Assembly (NCBI GenBank): GCA_002269645.1
Contig: NIVC01002344.1
Location: 117,950-181,949, forward strand
DNA: 64,000 nucleotides
Direction of reading: 5' to 3'
Origin: Macrostomum lignano
Lineage: Eukaryota
Positions 61,131 through 64,000 of the stretch are shown piece by piece. Numbering within the stretch: position 1 is the stretch's first letter; every line of letters begins with the position of its first letter. The translations under genes were made by a program, and so were the position numbers. The notes under the pieces were generated by a model. It did no database searches. It was not told the origin of the DNA and worked only from the letters and a program-made list of their open reading frames with translations.

Positions 61131-62417
61131 ATGAACGACCCACTGACACCAGTTTTCTACAAAATTAACAAGCCTATTTTGAGTGATGATAGCACAATCA
61201 AAGCGACACAAGTTAGAGTTCCGAGTCACGAGAACCAGAATGAAACTAATTTGGGTCCAGGTCAAACACTGACATTTACATACAATGGATGTTCGTCTCT
61301 GGTTAGTGTGCACAGTCTTAAGAGCGGCTTCCATATGACATTTCAATTCAAGACAAAAGGTGGTGCGGATGCGGCTCGTGCTAACGTTGACAAGCATGAT
61401 GCGGATGTGGCTCTGATCAGTAACTTTTGGGCGTACATGTTCAAGGAGTTTAGTGTATCGAATGGGAGCACCGAGTTGGAGCGAATCGCCAACTTTGGAA
61501 TTGTCTATGACGCTCATTGTTTGATCGAGAATCCTGATTTTATTCAGTTGGGAAGTGGTGCGGGTTTTATTGCAGATGAAAAAGAAGGAGACATCAATGA
61601 CAGTGGCTATAAAAAGAGGAAGAAGAGATACAACTATGCATTGCAAGGTGCTGATGATGCTGCTAAGAACCCACAGTATCGGTCTGTTGATGTATTTGTA
61701 CCATTGAGATTCATGAGTGGATTCTGTAATACATTTAATCGACTGACTAGTAACTTTAGCTACACCTTTAAGATGACTAGAGATGATCGCAGTAGAGTGT
61801 TGTGGACTGGGGCGGACCACACAAGGATGGAGGTGAAGCTAACCGGAATCGAGCTGTATTTGGAAGTCATTGAGCCAAAGACTGCACTAAAAGCAGACTA
61901 TCTCAAGGCAATAGAGAAGGACATTGATGTTGCATACACAGCCTACATGTGTCGAGATGAGCGAAACGAAACTAGAACAAACATCTGCATTAAAGAGGGA
62001 TCATGCAGCAATCCAAGGTATATCATTATTAATATGAGAAACCCAAATAGCATCATACGCTACATGCATGGAGACGTGCGGTCCATTCAGCATGAAATCA
62101 GTGATAATCTTTACCCTGCACTGCCACAAAATGGAGATTTCAGTCAGAACAAGATTAGCAAATTTTACAGCGAGTTGGTCGACTTGGCTGTGAAAGAGAA
62201 CAATGGAATTGCTATCACTGCTCTTCAATATGGAACTCTATATCCGATGTTTGGCGCTGATGTGTCTGCCAGACAAATGCCTACTGATAACAGCCCTGTG
62301 AATATCGTGAATAACATTGAAAGGACTACCGCAACACCCGTGGACCTGTACATTATCTATGCATTTGAGAGGAAGGTGAAGCTTAACATGATCAACAATT
62401 CATCCAGTAAAGTTTAA
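61131..62417 (+). CDS. MCP: Double jelly-roll major capsid protein (428 aa)
   Basis: Intact, beta-rich, of typical size and position. N-terminal DDSTIK...P, VFVPLRFMSGFC, YPALPQNGDF, FGADVS. Confidence 0.85.
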   Translation: MNDPLTPVFYKINKPILSDDSTIKATQVRVPSHENQNETNLGPGQTLTFTYNGCSSLVSVHSLKSGFHMTFQFKTKGGADAARANVDKHDADVALISNFWAYMFKEFSVSNGSTELERIANFGIVYDAHCLIENPDFIQLGSGAGFIADEKEGDINDSGYKKRKKRYNYALQGADDAAKNPQYRSVDVFVPLRFMSGFCNTFNRLTSNFSYTFKMTRDDRSRVLWTGADHTRMEVKLTGIELYLEVIEPKTALKADYLKAIEKDIDVAYTAYMCRDERNETRTNICIKEGSCSNPRYIIINMRNPNSIIRYMHGDVRSIQHEISDNLYPALPQNGDFSQNKISKFYSELVDLAVKENNGIAITALQYGTLYPMFGADVSARQMPTDNSPVNIVNNIERTTATPVDLYIIYAFERKVKLNMINNSSSKV

Positions 62418-62437
62418 ATATTTTTTTTGTGAAAAAA

Positions 62438-63306
62438 ATGGAAGCGATTGCTGAAAGACTAAATAATATTGTTTCTCACTCTAAGGAGAGCATTCCTATT
62501 ACAATAACTGGGCGAATTAATGACTCAAACGGGATATTTGTTGAAAAATTAGAGCAGGCGATTCGCCTGGATCCAGGTGCTAATTACCATGTCTATCTTA
62601 ACGACTTCACCGGTTGGTCAAACGTTCCTAATGTGATGGCAGCAAATAATAAGTTTTATTACAAATGGAAAGGTGCAGCAGCAGACCCTGTGGTATTCCA
62701 TGTGAGCACGCAAAGTGTGGATACCTACAATAACTTTCTAGAAAATGTCTTCACTAAGAGAGGCCATTTTGACTTTGAGACACCTGATTCGAGTAAGCCA
62801 GAGAAGAAACTGTTCCCTGTCAAACTAACCTATGATCTCACTGTAATGAGAGTGGTCATGCAAGTTCACAAAGATGCGGAGGTTGAGTTTAAAGATGACA
62901 CTTGGTATAGGGAACTGGGATTCGAGAAGAAAGTTTATAAGGCAGAATCCGCGGCGCGGACCGCCACTCAAGCATCGGGGACCGTTAAAATGGCCGGGAA
63001 AATGTAAGCGGTTTGTTCTTAGCACCCAATATTGCAGACATTGTAAAGGGTTTGAATATTCTAATCAGAAGCAATCTCAGTCTTGATTGGGTATTTAAGG
63101 GAAAGCGAACGAATATTTTGTACAACATCTCCAACTCTGTTGCTGGAGGACAGATGGTGGTAGAGAAACCAAATCCAGTGAAAAGAGTTGTATTGAGTAA
63201 TAAGGAGATTCACGAGATTGTGCTACAGTTTGAGACTGAAGATGGGATGGGCGTTGATTTTAATGGGGAAGAGTTTGTATTGACGTTGATCATTGAAAGA
63301 ATGTAA
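62438..63306 (+). CDS. mCP: Minor capsid (penton, single jelly-roll) protein, 1-nt deletion at ~62993
   Basis: Follows the MCP. NVMAANNKFYY, SNLSLDWVF, NGEEFVLTL. Reads atggccgg here against atggtccgg in the in-frame left copy. Confidence 0.82.
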
Positions 63307-63310
63307 GAAA

Positions 63311-63550
63311 TCACAATTGCCTAATGATTTCTGCAAAGTTATAGTAGCTATCGTAATCTTTTACATAGGTTACTCCATACTTATGAAACCAGTGTCTTTG
63401 GAGAGCTAGATTAATATTAGGGACATTGATATCAACGTTGGGCCAATATTTTCTCATGTATTCGCTGCATTCAAGTTTGCATTGGTACTTGGATTTGTAC
63501 AATGGATTAGGCTGAGTATAATAAGAACCTGGAGAGACAACTGGAAACAT
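63311..63550 (-). CDS. Polinton terminal small ORF (79 aa), right copy
   Basis: Conserved against the 47722 copy. Confidence 0.7.
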   Translation of the reverse strand: MFPVVSPGSYYTQPNPLYKSKYQCKLECSEYMRKYWPNVDINVPNINLALQRHWFHKYGVTYVKDYDSYYNFAEIIRQL

Positions 63551-63719
63551 TTTTATTGAGAATTTAATTTTTTCAAAGGGTGAGGACCCTGCGCTGATAA
63601 TTTAAAATCTTTGGGATCTGGTTTCGCGTTGCAAATTGAATGTGGGGAGAAGAATGCAGATTATTTTCTGATTGTTTCGAACATGCTATGGGTGGATGTC
63701 AGTGGATTATGTCAGTGTC

Positions 63720-64000
63720 AGCGAGCATAACAGGTGTCCACTGTCTGATTCTGTCGGGGTAATATGGATGGATTTAATAGGATTATGTTCGAAGTTTTCA
63801 GAACAAGTGCGACCCTCCACTTTTTCATGATTCTGTCAGGGATAATATGGATGGATTTAGGTGGATGGATTTAGCGACGCCCCTTTTTTCTGATTCTGTC
63901 AGGGATAATATGGATGGATTTAATGGGATTATGGAGGATGTTTTCGAGCAAGGGCGACCCCCCTTTTTTTCTGATTCTGTCGGGGATAATATGGATGGAT
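63720..64000. repeat. Right subterminal tandem repeats (ctgattctgtcagggataatatggatggatt)
   Basis: Inverted relatives of the 82-bp units at 47289-47505. They continue off the window. Confidence 0.88.

Larger units (their letters stand above)
47249..64000. mobile_element. Capsid-encoding Polinton/Maverick (adintovirus-like endogenous virus), right end beyond the window
   Basis: INT, pPolB, PRO, ATPase, MCP and mCP are all present. AGTAG terminus at 47249. The end regions 47249-48503 and ~62780-64000 are inverted relatives. A ~17-kb span is typical. Whether the left end belongs to the same copy is uncertain. Confidence 0.9.

Noticed and set aside
61104-61820. 238-aa minus-strand ORF
   Set aside because: Antisense shadow of the major capsid gene.

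Overview
Eukaryotic (animal) genomic DNA with GT-AG introns, GC-rich exons and about 25 different micro/minisatellite arrays. The style resembles a Macrostomum-type flatworm assembly, but that is inference only. Host genes: a two-exon rhodopsin-class peptide GPCR (minus strand, runs off the left edge); a spliced coiled-coil/acidic protein gene; a head-to-head pair of secreted WSC+PAN/apple genes; a four-exon, apparently intact 1196-aa ankyrin-repeat cGAS-like receptor (cGLR/Mab-21 NTase) whose 33-aa repeats vary mainly at the DARPin-type binding positions; an hnRNP-A-like RRM exon; and a second cGLR paralog cut at 47248. Mobile DNA: two tRNA-derived CORE-like SINEs, a mariner-like MITE, a foldback MITE with a 3-bp TSD, a Gypsy gag/protease relic and an intron-containing tyrosine-recombinase (Crypton-like) relic. 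From 47249 to beyond the window end lies a ~17-kb capsid-encoding Polinton/Maverick (adintovirus-like). It encodes integrase, protein-primed PolB (frameshifted), adenain-like protease, packaging ATPase, major and minor capsid proteins, a parvovirus-type PLA2, an adenovirus pX-like protein and a membrane protein with PTAP/LYPxI motifs. Its AGTAG terminus sits exactly at the break in the second cGLR. Several 1-nt indels may be assembly errors.
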